Origin: an uncultured Bacilli bacterium
Lineage (GTDB): Bacteria; Bacillota_I; Bacilli_A; RF39; UBA660
Direction of reading: 5' to 3'
DNA: 64,000 nt
NCBI GenBank assembly: GCA_934096175.1
Contig: CAKOLG010000002.1
Coordinates: 276 to 64,275, forward strand
Shown in pieces: positions 35,681-45,426 of the stretch. Position 1 is the first letter of the stretch. Each line of letters opens with the position of its first letter. The notes under the pieces are model-generated. The model was given only the letters and a program-made list of their open reading frames with translations, was not told the origin of the DNA and made no database searches. Made by a program: the position numbers and the translations under genes.

Positions 35681-37186
35681 ATGAAAAAACCATTAGTATT
35701 ATGTATTTTAGATGGTTGTGGCATCCGCCAAGAAAGCTATGGAAATGCTTTTAAAAATGCCAAAAAACCAACTTACGATTATTTATGTGAAAACTATCCC
35801 CATACAATTCTTGAAGCTTCAGGAAACCTAGTTGGTTTACCAAAAGGTCAAATGGGTAACTCCGAAGTAGGTCATATGAACATTGGAGCTGGCCGTATAG
35901 TTTATCAACCACTTGAACTAATAAACCACTCAATTGAAACAAAAGAATTTTTTAATAACGAAAATATTTTAAAAGTTATAAAACATACCAAAGAAAACAA
36001 TTCTAAATTACATATTATGGGTTTAATAAGTGATGGTGGTATCCACTCTCATATTAATCATTTATTAGCTATTATAGATTTATGTAAAAAAGAAAATGTT
36101 GACCAAATATATTTCCATCTTTTTACTGATGGACGAGATACAGACATCCATATGGGTCAAAAATTTGTTGCCACTTTAGAAAACAAAATAAATAATGAAA
36201 ATTTAGGAATTATATCTACAATATCTGGTCGTTACTATGCCATGGATCGTGATAACAACTATGATCGTTTAAAATTAGCTTATGATGCTATTGTCTCAGG
36301 AATTGGTAATAATTATGACAACCCTACAGATTTATTTACTAAATCATATGAAAATAACGTCACTGATGAATTTATTGTTCCATCTGTTCTATCAAATAAT
36401 CATTTAAGTGATAACGATGGAATTATCGTCTTTAACTACCGCCCCGATCGCTTAAGAGAAATGTGCATAGCAATAACTAATCCAACATTAGTTCCAATGG
36501 AAACAATAAAGATAAATAATATAAAACTAGTTTCAATGATGCCAATTAATGAAAATGTTATTGGAACATCAGCTTTTGCACAACAAAAATTGGAAAATAC
36601 ATTAGGAGTATATCTAGATAGTTTAGGTTTAAACCAATTAAGAATTGCCGAAACTGAAAAATATGCCCATGTAACATACTTCTTTGATGGTGGTAAAGAA
36701 ATTGAATTAAAAAATTCCAAAAGAATTTTAGTTAATTCACCTAAAGTTGCCACTTATGATTTAAAACCAGAAATGTCTGCCGAAGAAGTTACTAATAAGC
36801 TATTAGAAGAATTAGACAAAGATTATCTTGATTTTGTAGTTTTAAATTTCGCTAATGGCGATATGGTAGGTCATACTGGTGTTTACGAAGCAGCAGTTAA
36901 AGCTGTTGAATTTGTTGATCAATGCTTATCAAGAATTTATAAAAAAGTTAATGAAATAAATGGTACCTTAATCATAACAGCAGATCATGGTAACTGTGAT
37001 GTAATGATTTTAGAAGATGGAACACCATGTACAACTCATACAACAAATAAAGTACCATTCATTGTTACTAGAAAAGGCCTTGAATTAAAAGAAGATGGTA
37101 AACTAGCTGATATAGCACCAACGGTTCTTAGCTTACTAAACATTCCAACTCCTATTGAAATCGATGGTAACTCATTAATAAAATAA
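35681..37186 (+). CDS. gpmI: 2,3-bisphosphoglycerate-independent phosphoglycerate mutase
   Basis: LCILDGCG, NSEVGHMNIGAGR, ADHGN, 501 aa. RBS TAGGAGG lies 8 nt after the COG0523 stop. Confidence 0.93.
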   Translation: MKKPLVLCILDGCGIRQESYGNAFKNAKKPTYDYLCENYPHTILEASGNLVGLPKGQMGNSEVGHMNIGAGRIVYQPLELINHSIETKEFFNNENILKVIKHTKENNSKLHIMGLISDGGIHSHINHLLAIIDLCKKENVDQIYFHLFTDGRDTDIHMGQKFVATLENKINNENLGIISTISGRYYAMDRDNNYDRLKLAYDAIVSGIGNNYDNPTDLFTKSYENNVTDEFIVPSVLSNNHLSDNDGIIVFNYRPDRLREMCIAITNPTLVPMETIKINNIKLVSMMPINENVIGTSAFAQQKLENTLGVYLDSLGLNQLRIAETEKYAHVTYFFDGGKEIELKNSKRILVNSPKVATYDLKPEMSAEEVTNKLLEELDKDYLDFVVLNFANGDMVGHTGVYEAAVKAVEFVDQCLSRIYKKVNEINGTLIITADHGNCDVMILEDGTPCTTHTTNKVPFIVTRKGLELKEDGKLADIAPTVLSLLNIPTPIEIDGNSLIK

Positions 37187-37193
37187 GTATAAT

Positions 37194-37220
37194 AACGAGT
37201 AATATTACTCGTTTTTTTTT
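37194..37220 (+). terminator. rho-independent terminator of gpmI
   Basis: AACGAGTA-ATAT-TACTCGTT plus T9. Confidence 0.8.
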
Positions 37221-37241
37221 ATAAAAAAATTTCTTCTTTGA

Positions 37242-37270
37242 TTGACAAATTAACCCTAATAGAGTAATAT
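37242..37270 (+). promoter_or_regulatory. promoter TTGACA-17-TAATAT
   Basis: -35 at 37242-37247 and -10 at 37265-37270, about 40 nt upstream of the PIG-L gene. Confidence 0.65.
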
Positions 37271-37309
37271 CAAAACTGATAGAAAACACCGTATTGAAGA
37301 GGGAATTAT

Positions 37310-38056
37310 ATGAAAAAAAAGCAAAATAAAATTTTTCAATTTTTAAAAAATTATTGGCACTTACTTTTAATAATATTAATAATCTTAAGTAGTACTATTA
37401 CAATGACTTTAATCTACATGTTTAAACCTTATAAAGTAAATAAAGATTTTTCAAAAATAGATTTAACAAATGTTGAAAAACTAATGATTGTAGCCCATCC
37501 AGATGATGAATTACTTTGGGGAGGAGCTCACTTAATAGAAGATAACTATTTAGTTGTCTGTATAACTTGTGGCGTTGTCAAAGAAAGAGTCAATGAATTC
37601 ATTAATGTTATGAATGCCACTAATGACAAATACATATTATTAGGGTATCCAGACAAAACAAATGGTGAAAGAGATAATTGGGATAACCATCGTGAAAATA
37701 TAAAAAAAGATTTACAAGCAATTATTGATTTAAAAGATTGGCAACTTATTGTTACTCATAACCCAGATGGTGAATATGGTCACATCCATCATAAAATGAG
37801 TAGTGCTATTACCACCAGTATTGTCGAAGACAAAACAAAATTATATTATTTTGGTCGCTACCATAGCAAAAAAAATATTCCTAACTATTACAATAGCATG
37901 ACCCCTATTAATGACAAAGATTTAAAAATAAAAAAAGATATTATTGGATTATATAAAAGTCAATCATTTATTCAAACAGCTTTTGATCATATGTTTGCTT
38001 ATGAAGATTGGGAAAATTATTCACAGTGGGAGGATGAATTAAATGAAAAACTTTAA
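37310..38056 (+). CDS. PIG-L/LmbE-family N-deacetylase with N-terminal membrane anchor
   Basis: MKKKQNK plus a TM helix, then VAHPDDELLWGG and HNPDGEYGHIHH (zinc-dependent deacetylase motifs). Confidence 0.8.
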   Translation: MKKKQNKIFQFLKNYWHLLLIILIILSSTITMTLIYMFKPYKVNKDFSKIDLTNVEKLMIVAHPDDELLWGGAHLIEDNYLVVCITCGVVKERVNEFINVMNATNDKYILLGYPDKTNGERDNWDNHRENIKKDLQAIIDLKDWQLIVTHNPDGEYGHIHHKMSSAITTSIVEDKTKLYYFGRYHSKKNIPNYYNSMTPINDKDLKIKKDIIGLYKSQSFIQTAFDHMFAYEDWENYSQWEDELNEKL

Positions 38057-40547
38057 AAAAAGAGACATTGCTTACTTATGGATTTTAGCATTATCATTTT
38101 TAGTATTAGTTTTTGTAGTATCAAATACAATGTATTTATATGGTTCACAATTAGATTGGTATGCTGAGCATGTAACAATTCCTGAATACTTTAGAACTTT
38201 ATTTTATCACACAAAAGATTTATTCCCAGATTTTGCTGCTAATATTGGAAGTGGCCAAAATATATATAATTTATCATATTATGGTCTTCTAAGTCCAATC
38301 ACCCTAATTTCTTACTTATTACCAAATGTCAATATGACAAATTACATGATTATATCTACAATTATAACAGTCATAATAAGTACAATTTTATTATATATAT
38401 TTTTAAAAAATAAAAATTATAGTAGTGAAACATGTTTTGTTGCTTCATTCATCTTTATTATGTCAGCATCCATAACATTACATTCACATCGTCACATTAT
38501 GTTCATTAACTATATGCCATTTTTACTATTAGGTTTCTTAGGTGTTGATAAAAAATTTGCTAGTAAACGTAGCTGGTTACTCACTTTAAGTATATTCTTA
38601 ATGATAATGACTAGTTACTATTTTAGTATCGGCGGCATTTTTACCTTGATAATATACGGTATTTATAAATATTTAGCTTCTACAAATAAAGTAACTTTAA
38701 AATCATTTATAAAAACTGGTTTAAATTTCTTATTTCCATTTATTATTGCCATAATTTCTGCCAGTATTATAATTCTTCCAACTTTAGCTACTATTGTAAA
38801 TAATCGTGCTGCCTCTAATATAACTATCTCTTTAAAAGATTTATTATTGCCAACAATCAATACTGAATACCTTTTATATGATTCATATGGTTTAGGCTTA
38901 ACAGCTATCGCTGTACCAGCACTTATTAACTTTTTCAAAAATAAAAAAGAAAATTTCTTTTTAGCTATTACACTTAGCTTATTAATTATTTTCCCTATAT
39001 TTAATTATATTTTAAATGGCACAATGTATATTGATTCTAAAACATTAATACCATTATTACCACTTTATATCTTAGTTATTGCTGAATTTATTGAAAATAC
39101 TTTTGCCAAAAAAATAAATTATAAAGTTTTAATTCCTATTTTATTAATATGTAGTTTAATTATTTATTTTCATAAATACAAAGAGATTTTATACTTAATA
39201 GATATAATAATTTTAGTTATATTTATATTTATTTATAATAAATCAAACAAAAAAATCTTATTAATTATTCCAATAATTTTAACAACTTTAGTATCTGCTT
39301 ATAATATTAATAAAAGTGACGAACTTGTCTTAAAATATACAACTAAAGAAAATGAAAAAATAGTAAAAAACGGTCTTAATGAAATTACGGAAAATGATCA
39401 TGATTTCTATCGTATTAGTAATGATCTTGACATTAGCGAAACCGTAAATAAAATTTATAATAATATCAATTATTATCAATCAACGATATATTCATCTGTT
39501 TCTAATCAAATATATAATGAATTCTATTTTGATATCATCAATAACAATATTCCATCTCGAAATAGAGCATTAACAGTAACAACAGGTAACATTATGTCCC
39601 TTATGTTGACAAATAATAAGTATATTATTTCTCGAAATAAAGCGTTACAAGGATATGAATTACTTAGTTCAGAAAATGGATTAAATATTTATAAAAATGA
39701 CAATACAATGCCACTTGGCTTTGCCACATCAAATATTATGAGTTATGAAGATTTTAATCGTTTACCATATGCTGTTAAAGAAGAAGCATTATTAAAATTG
39801 ATTGTTACAGATAGTGAATCAAAAAATAATTTTGCTACATCAATGAAAAAAGTTGATCTTAAACTTGAAGATTTATTTAACTCTGCAAATGCGGAAATAT
39901 CTTCTGAAACAGTTAAAATCACGACTGATGAAACTTTAAAACTTAAATATACTTTACCAGCAGATATTCAAAACAAAATTTTATTTATCAGATTTAAAAT
40001 GAATCACAAACAAACATGTAGTGAAGGAGATCAAGTAATTAGAATTAATAACGTCAAAAATAAATTAACATGTTCAAGTTGGAAATATTATAACAACAAT
40101 GAAACTTTTGATTATGTTTTAGCAGAACAAGACTTAAAAGAACTAACAATATCTATTTATCAAGGAAAATATGAACTATCCGATTTTGAAATATACTCTT
40201 TAGATTATGCAACAATTGAACAAGCCTCATCTAAAGTTGATAAACTAGTAATCGATAAAAATAAAACTATTGGTGATATAATAGAAGGCAATATTGAAGT
40301 TACTGAAGATGGCTATTTTATGGCCACAATCCCATATGATTCTAACTTTGTTATAAAAGTAGATAATAAAAAGGTTGCTTATGAGAAAGTTGATGAAGCT
40401 TTTATTGGTTTTAAAATTTCTAAAGGTAATCATCAGATAAAAATAGAATATAAAGCTCCTTTAAAAAACTTATCTTTGCTTTTATCATTTATCGGAATAA
40501 TTATGTTTGTTCTTGTTAGCTTTTTAGAATCACGTCGTAAGATATAG
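38043..40547 (+). CDS. YfhO-family polytopic membrane glycosyltransferase-like protein
   Basis: 834 aa. About 12 TM helices in the N-terminal half, a large extracytoplasmic C-terminal domain and a terminal TM helix. The N-terminal YGSQLDWYAEH...NIGSGQNIYNLSYYGLLSP resembles YfhO. The start overlaps the PIG-L gene by 14 nt. Confidence 0.75.
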   Translation: MKNFKKRDIAYLWILALSFLVLVFVVSNTMYLYGSQLDWYAEHVTIPEYFRTLFYHTKDLFPDFAANIGSGQNIYNLSYYGLLSPITLISYLLPNVNMTNYMIISTIITVIISTILLYIFLKNKNYSSETCFVASFIFIMSASITLHSHRHIMFINYMPFLLLGFLGVDKKFASKRSWLLTLSIFLMIMTSYYFSIGGIFTLIIYGIYKYLASTNKVTLKSFIKTGLNFLFPFIIAIISASIIILPTLATIVNNRAASNITISLKDLLLPTINTEYLLYDSYGLGLTAIAVPALINFFKNKKENFFLAITLSLLIIFPIFNYILNGTMYIDSKTLIPLLPLYILVIAEFIENTFAKKINYKVLIPILLICSLIIYFHKYKEILYLIDIIILVIFIFIYNKSNKKILLIIPIILTTLVSAYNINKSDELVLKYTTKENEKIVKNGLNEITENDHDFYRISNDLDISETVNKIYNNINYYQSTIYSSVSNQIYNEFYFDIINNNIPSRNRALTVTTGNIMSLMLTNNKYIISRNKALQGYELLSSENGLNIYKNDNTMPLGFATSNIMSYEDFNRLPYAVKEEALLKLIVTDSESKNNFATSMKKVDLKLEDLFNSANAEISSETVKITTDETLKLKYTLPADIQNKILFIRFKMNHKQTCSEGDQVIRINNVKNKLTCSSWKYYNNNETFDYVLAEQDLKELTISIYQGKYELSDFEIYSLDYATIEQASSKVDKLVIDKNKTIGDIIEGNIEVTEDGYFMATIPYDSNFVIKVDNKKVAYEKVDEAFIGFKISKGNHQIKIEYKAPLKNLSLLLSFIGIIMFVLVSFLESRRKI

Positions 40548-40566
40548 AAAACTATATCTTTTTTAC
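40540..40566 (+). terminator. rho-independent terminator
   Basis: AGATATAG-AAAA-CTATATCT plus T6, overlapping the stop codon. Confidence 0.75.
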
Positions 40567-40637
40567 GTAAAGTTTTAATATAGAATGTACATATATTTAC
40601 AATGTATGCCATAATATATATGTAAAGAAGTGATATT

Positions 40638-41465
40638 ATGAGTAAATATAAAATTGTTTTTGTTGATATAGATGATACACTAAATCCGGCAAACAAAAAA
40701 ACATCAACTAGAACTATTGACACGATGACTAAACTTAAAAATAAGGGAATTATTGTTGTTGCTAATACTGGTCGTAGTAATAAATATGCAATTAATAAAA
40801 GTAAAGAAGCTAATTTGAGCCAATATGTAATTAGTTCAAATGGGGCAGAAGTATATAACTACGAAAAAAATGAAGTAATATTTCAAAAAAATATACCTGA
40901 GATTCTAATAAAGAAAGTTTATGAATATTGTGAAACAGTAAAACTAACTTTAATTTTAAATTCATTAGATAAAAGACTTGCTAATACTACTAACTATGAC
41001 TACAATGATGAACCAGTAATACCAATTAAAAACATTGATGATGTATTAAAAAAATATCCAATTAATCAAATGATTATAATCTCAAAAAACTACGATCGAA
41101 TGCTTGTTTTGCCAAATTTATTTAAAGCGAAATTCCCATCCTTAAAGACTATTCACTCATCTATAGCTTTAGTTGATCAAAAGCCAGTAAAAGGCAAACA
41201 ATATTATCATGACTTAGTAATGCAAAATACTTCTAAAAGTACAGGAATTGTAGAATTATTAGATTATTTAAAAATTGATTCTGAACAAGCCATTGCCATC
41301 GGAAATGGCTATGATGATATTTGTATGTGCGATGTTGTTGGCACATCTGTAGCTGTTGATAATGCTAATCCCTTAATGAAAGAAACCGCAACAATGAAAA
41401 CTGCTTCATCAGCAGACGACGGAGTAGCTATGATTTTAGAAAAATTAATATTAGATAAGGAGTAG
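40638..41465 (+). CDS. Cof-type HAD-IIB phosphatase
   Basis: VFVDIDDTL (motif I), NTGRS, GNGYDDICM (motif IV). Confidence 0.85.
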   Translation: MSKYKIVFVDIDDTLNPANKKTSTRTIDTMTKLKNKGIIVVANTGRSNKYAINKSKEANLSQYVISSNGAEVYNYEKNEVIFQKNIPEILIKKVYEYCETVKLTLILNSLDKRLANTTNYDYNDEPVIPIKNIDDVLKKYPINQMIIISKNYDRMLVLPNLFKAKFPSLKTIHSSIALVDQKPVKGKQYYHDLVMQNTSKSTGIVELLDYLKIDSEQAIAIGNGYDDICMCDVVGTSVAVDNANPLMKETATMKTASSADDGVAMILEKLILDKE

Positions 41466-41470
41466 CAACA

Positions 41471-41983
41471 ATGAAAGAAAAAGTTAATATCATAAGTGCT
41501 TTAATTTTAATAACTATGGCAATTACCTTACTTTTTTTGCCAAGTTTTACAACTTGTAACATCAAAATAATAATGATTATAATTTTCTCCATATACTCAC
41601 TTGTTAATCTAACTAAATTTTTCTTAACAAAAGAAACAAAAGACTATGAAGGATTTCAAATATTTATTGCTTCATTAGTAGCTTTTTCAATGAGTATCCT
41701 CCTAGATATTAAAAGTTCTACGCAATATCTATATTTTACATTAGTTATATGGATAATAATAATGTCATTAATAAAATTAAAAAAAATGGATTATTTCCAT
41801 GATCGTCATAATAAATTATGGAAAATAGAAGGCCTAAATTTAATTTTATTTATTCTAACAGGATTACTAACATGCCTAAACTTAGGCTATTCCAATAATA
41901 TCCAAATAATTATAATTAGTTACTTTATGCTAATACATGGAATTTTAGAAATTATAATCCCAATTATTAAAATAACAAAATAA
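41471..41983 (+). CDS. hypothetical polytopic membrane protein
   Basis: About 5-6 TM helices. RBS TAAGGAG. No motif recognised. Confidence 0.6.
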   Translation: MKEKVNIISALILITMAITLLFLPSFTTCNIKIIMIIIFSIYSLVNLTKFFLTKETKDYEGFQIFIASLVAFSMSILLDIKSSTQYLYFTLVIWIIIMSLIKLKKMDYFHDRHNKLWKIEGLNLILFILTGLLTCLNLGYSNNIQIIIISYFMLIHGILEIIIPIIKITK

Positions 41984-42004
41984 TTTAGAAAAAAGAGGTA
42001 ATAT

Positions 42005-42886
42005 ATGAAAATAGTTAAAGATTTTTTTGAATATCAAATACTTGATATGTCAGAAGGCATGAAATTAGAAAATTGGAATGGCAAAGAACTTTTAAGACCT
42101 GATCCACAAATAATATGGAACAAAAAAATGAAACCAGAATATTGGGATAAAGTAGATGCAATTTATCATCGCAATAATAAAGGCGGTGGCAACTGGGAAA
42201 TTAAAAATAAAAAATTACCTGAATCATGGCAAATACATTATAATAATTTAACTTTTAATGTTAAATTAATGGGCTTTAAACATACCGGTTTATTCCCCGA
42301 ACAAGCATATAACTGGAACTACATAATAAACAAAATTCAAAAAGCCCAACGAAAAGTAAAAGTTTTAAACTTATTTGCATACACTGGAGCTGCATCAGTA
42401 GCTGCTTTAAGTGCCGGTGCGGAAGTCGTTCATGTTGACTCATCACGTGGTATGGTTGATTGGGCCAAAGAAAATGTTGCAGCAAGCGGTTTAGAAGACA
42501 AACCAATCCGCTTTATTGTTGATGATGTCATCAAATTTGTAAAAAGAGAGATTCGTCGTGGTAATAAATATGATATAATTATAATGGATCCACCATCATT
42601 TGGTAGAGGTGCAAATGGGGAAATATGGGATATAGAAAAAGACTTATATCCTTTAGTTGAACTTTGTACAGAAATTTTATCAGAAAAACCACTGTTATTT
42701 TTGATAAATTCTTATACAACAGGATTATCTATGACTGTTTTAGAAAACGTCCTAAATTTAACAGTAGCAAAAAAATATTCAGGTTTTATCACAAGTGATG
42801 AAATAGGTCTACCAATGAACGAAAGTGACTTAATTTTACCATGCGGTATCTTTGCAAGGTGGGAAAACAATAAGGAGGAACAATGA
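42005..42886 (+). CDS. class I SAM-dependent methyltransferase (RlmI/RlmK-like catalytic domain, no PUA)
   Basis: VLNLFAYTGAASVAA (SAM motif I) and IIIMDPPSFGRG. Confidence 0.8.
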   Translation: MKIVKDFFEYQILDMSEGMKLENWNGKELLRPDPQIIWNKKMKPEYWDKVDAIYHRNNKGGGNWEIKNKKLPESWQIHYNNLTFNVKLMGFKHTGLFPEQAYNWNYIINKIQKAQRKVKVLNLFAYTGAASVAALSAGAEVVHVDSSRGMVDWAKENVAASGLEDKPIRFIVDDVIKFVKREIRRGNKYDIIIMDPPSFGRGANGEIWDIEKDLYPLVELCTEILSEKPLLFLINSYTTGLSMTVLENVLNLTVAKKYSGFITSDEIGLPMNESDLILPCGIFARWENNKEEQ

Positions 42887-44388
42887 TGGAAAAAACAATG
42901 GAAAAAACTCAAATTATTGACTATGCTTTACATCAAACAATGCTTGCTCACCAAGATTTTAACCAACATCTTGAACAAGTCCTTTTAAGTAATGTAAATA
43001 ATCCAATAAATCTCAAAAATTTTACCAAAAAAAATGAAGCTCGCGATCTGATGACCAAAGTTAATCAACAAGATTTCGCAGAATATTTATTAGATGAATT
43101 AATAAAAATTTATAACGCTGCTTCATATTTTTATGGACATTCTGATATGTTGAAAATATATGCAGAAAATGAGCGATATTTAATTTTTAAAAATTTATTT
43201 CCTTATTATGATGAGTGCACTGAAATTATAAAAAAATTAAGTAACCTTGATGCTAACCTAGCTTTATATACTATGACAAATGAACAACTTTTAATACAAT
43301 TAGCGACTATAGTTGCCAAAACTAAATTTTCAAATGCAAATTTAGAAGAAGATAAAACATATTTTTTCTATATAAATGAAAACGGTCACTCAAATACAAT
43401 AATAAGTAAAGAACCTATTCAAACAACTACAGAAGAACTGCAGCAAAAAATAAAACAAGATTTTAGTAAAGTTGCAGAAATGGAGATTGAAGATTTAAAT
43501 ATAAATTATCAAACATTAAATAAATGCACAATTGATATTTTAAATGGTAAACAATTAACACATGTCCATAATCAATATGCTGGTGAATCGCTTTACTTAA
43601 CTCAAGATATTGGCAGAAAAAGATCTAACCAAGAAGACTGTGCAATAATTTTTGAACATCCGCAAGATAAAAACATTAAACTTATTGCGGTTTCAGATGG
43701 AATGGGCGGCGTTGATTTTGGTGATAAAGCAAGTTTATACATTATTCAAAAAATTACAAAATGGTTTAATGCACTACCTCTTGAAGCAGCCCAAAATATA
43801 CCTGTTCTCTCTGAATTATTTGCTAAAAAAGTTTTTGATATCAGTAATGAAATTTATCAGCAATATAACTCCCAAAGTGGCACAATAAAAGCAGGAGCTA
43901 CATTTACTGGAGCAATTGTTAGTGATTATCAAACAGTAGTATTAAACGTTGGTGATTCTCGCGCTTATACAATAAAAGATGGTCAGCTTGATATCATAAC
44001 TCGTGATCAGTCTGCTGTATGGAACCCTAACTTGAGTTATCAAGAATTAGGCGAGGCAAACATCGATGAAATGCGATTTGATTATGACAGCAGAAAAATT
44101 TGTAATTGTATTGGTCGCGAAAATATAACCGATATTAGAAAAACAATAATAGGCAATGAGCAATATGATCGCTTGATATTAACAACCGATGGTGTAAGTG
44201 ATCTCTTATCAATTGAAAGATTTAAAATTATTTCTGCAAATACTCCAAAAGAATTGGTAACCAAATTTTTAGTTGAAGAAGCGATAAATTATAATGCTTA
44301 CCGTAATAAACCAGAAAGTGAATATCATGCTCAAGTAATTGACGCTGGAAAAGATAATGCAACAGCTGCCATGTACGCAAGGAGGTAA
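42883..44388 (+). CDS. PP2C-family Ser/Thr phosphatase with an unknown N-terminal domain of about 230 aa
   Basis: NQEDCAIIF...IAVSDGMGG, VGDSRAY and LILTTDGVSD. The ATG overlaps the upstream stop (ATGA). Confidence 0.8.
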   Translation: MMEKTMEKTQIIDYALHQTMLAHQDFNQHLEQVLLSNVNNPINLKNFTKKNEARDLMTKVNQQDFAEYLLDELIKIYNAASYFYGHSDMLKIYAENERYLIFKNLFPYYDECTEIIKKLSNLDANLALYTMTNEQLLIQLATIVAKTKFSNANLEEDKTYFFYINENGHSNTIISKEPIQTTTEELQQKIKQDFSKVAEMEIEDLNINYQTLNKCTIDILNGKQLTHVHNQYAGESLYLTQDIGRKRSNQEDCAIIFEHPQDKNIKLIAVSDGMGGVDFGDKASLYIIQKITKWFNALPLEAAQNIPVLSELFAKKVFDISNEIYQQYNSQSGTIKAGATFTGAIVSDYQTVVLNVGDSRAYTIKDGQLDIITRDQSAVWNPNLSYQELGEANIDEMRFDYDSRKICNCIGRENITDIRKTIIGNEQYDRLILTTDGVSDLLSIERFKIISANTPKELVTKFLVEEAINYNAYRNKPESEYHAQVIDAGKDNATAAMYARR

Positions 44389-44391
44389 GTT

Positions 44392-44646
44392 ATGGAAAAA
44401 GTAATCTTAAAAAATAATGATCAAACAAAAGAATATGATGTACTTTTTACTTTCCGTTACAATGGTGAAAAATACGTTACTTATACTAATTATGAAAAAA
44501 ATGAAAATGGAAATTTAATATGCTATTCATCAGTTGAAAGGAATCAAAAATTAGTACCAATTACAGATGAAAAAGCTTTAGATATCATAAATGAAATGCT
44601 AAAAACACTAACTAATTCTACAAAACAAAAATTTCAAAACAAATAA
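44392..44646 (+). CDS. DUF1292-family small protein
   Basis: YDVLFTFRYNGEKYVTYT...LVPITDEKALDIINEML pattern, 84 aa. Confidence 0.65.
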   Translation: MEKVILKNNDQTKEYDVLFTFRYNGEKYVTYTNYEKNENGNLICYSSVERNQKLVPITDEKALDIINEMLKTLTNSTKQKFQNK

Positions 44647-44668
44647 AGAACGAAAACGTTCTTTTTTT
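44647..44668 (+). terminator. rho-independent terminator
   Basis: AGAACG-AAAA-CGTTCT plus T6. Confidence 0.8.
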
Positions 44669-44718
44669 GAAAAATAAATTATATAAGTGATATAATAATT
44701 AGGTATAGGAGGTTAATA

Positions 44719-45411
44719 ATGATATATACAAATGAAGTAGAAAACATGTGTAAAGTTGCAAAAGGAGTAGACCATGGACCTGCTCCAATACCTGAAGAAG
44801 GTAAATGGATTAAAGCGAAAGAAATAAAAGATATTTCTGGATTAACTCATGGTATAGGTTGGTGTGCGCCTCAACAAGGTGCTTGTAAGCTTACCTTAAA
44901 TATTAAAGAAGGAATTATTGAAGAAGCCTTAGTTGAAACTGTTGGTTGTTCAGGAATGACTCACAGTGCAGCAATGGCTGGAGAAATTTTAGTTGGTAAA
45001 ACTATTCTAGAAGCCTTAAACACAGATTTAGTTTGTGATGCCATTAATACGGCAATGCGTGAACTATTCTTGCAAATTGTTTATGGTCGTAGTCAATCTG
45101 CATTTTCTGAAGGTGGACTATCAATAGGTGCAGGATTAGAAGACTTAGGAAAAGGTCATCGTAGCCAAGTTGGAACAATTTATAGTACTAAAATTAAAGG
45201 CCCAAGATATTTGGAACTTGCCGAAGGCTATATAGTAGAAATTGGCCTAGATAAAGATGATCAAATAATAGGATACAAATATGTCAATCTAGGAAAAATG
45301 ATGGACAATATAAAAGCTGGTATAGAGCCAATGGAAGCTATCGAAAAAGCAAGTGGAACTTATGGAAGATTTGCTGAAGCAGTTAAAACGATAGATCCTA
45401 GAAAAGAATAG
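44719..45411 (+). CDS. NifU/IscU-like Fe-S scaffold-domain protein with C-terminal extension
   Basis: GWCAPQQGACKLTLNIKEGIIEEALVETVGCSGMTHSAAMAGEILVGKT matches the IscU pattern (first Cys, GCxxxxxS, third Cys LVCDAI). RBS TAGGAGG. Confidence 0.75.
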   Translation: MIYTNEVENMCKVAKGVDHGPAPIPEEGKWIKAKEIKDISGLTHGIGWCAPQQGACKLTLNIKEGIIEEALVETVGCSGMTHSAAMAGEILVGKTILEALNTDLVCDAINTAMRELFLQIVYGRSQSAFSEGGLSIGAGLEDLGKGHRSQVGTIYSTKIKGPRYLELAEGYIVEIGLDKDDQIIGYKYVNLGKMMDNIKAGIEPMEAIEKASGTYGRFAEAVKTIDPRKE

Positions 45412-45426
45412 TCAAGGAGGAAAAAT

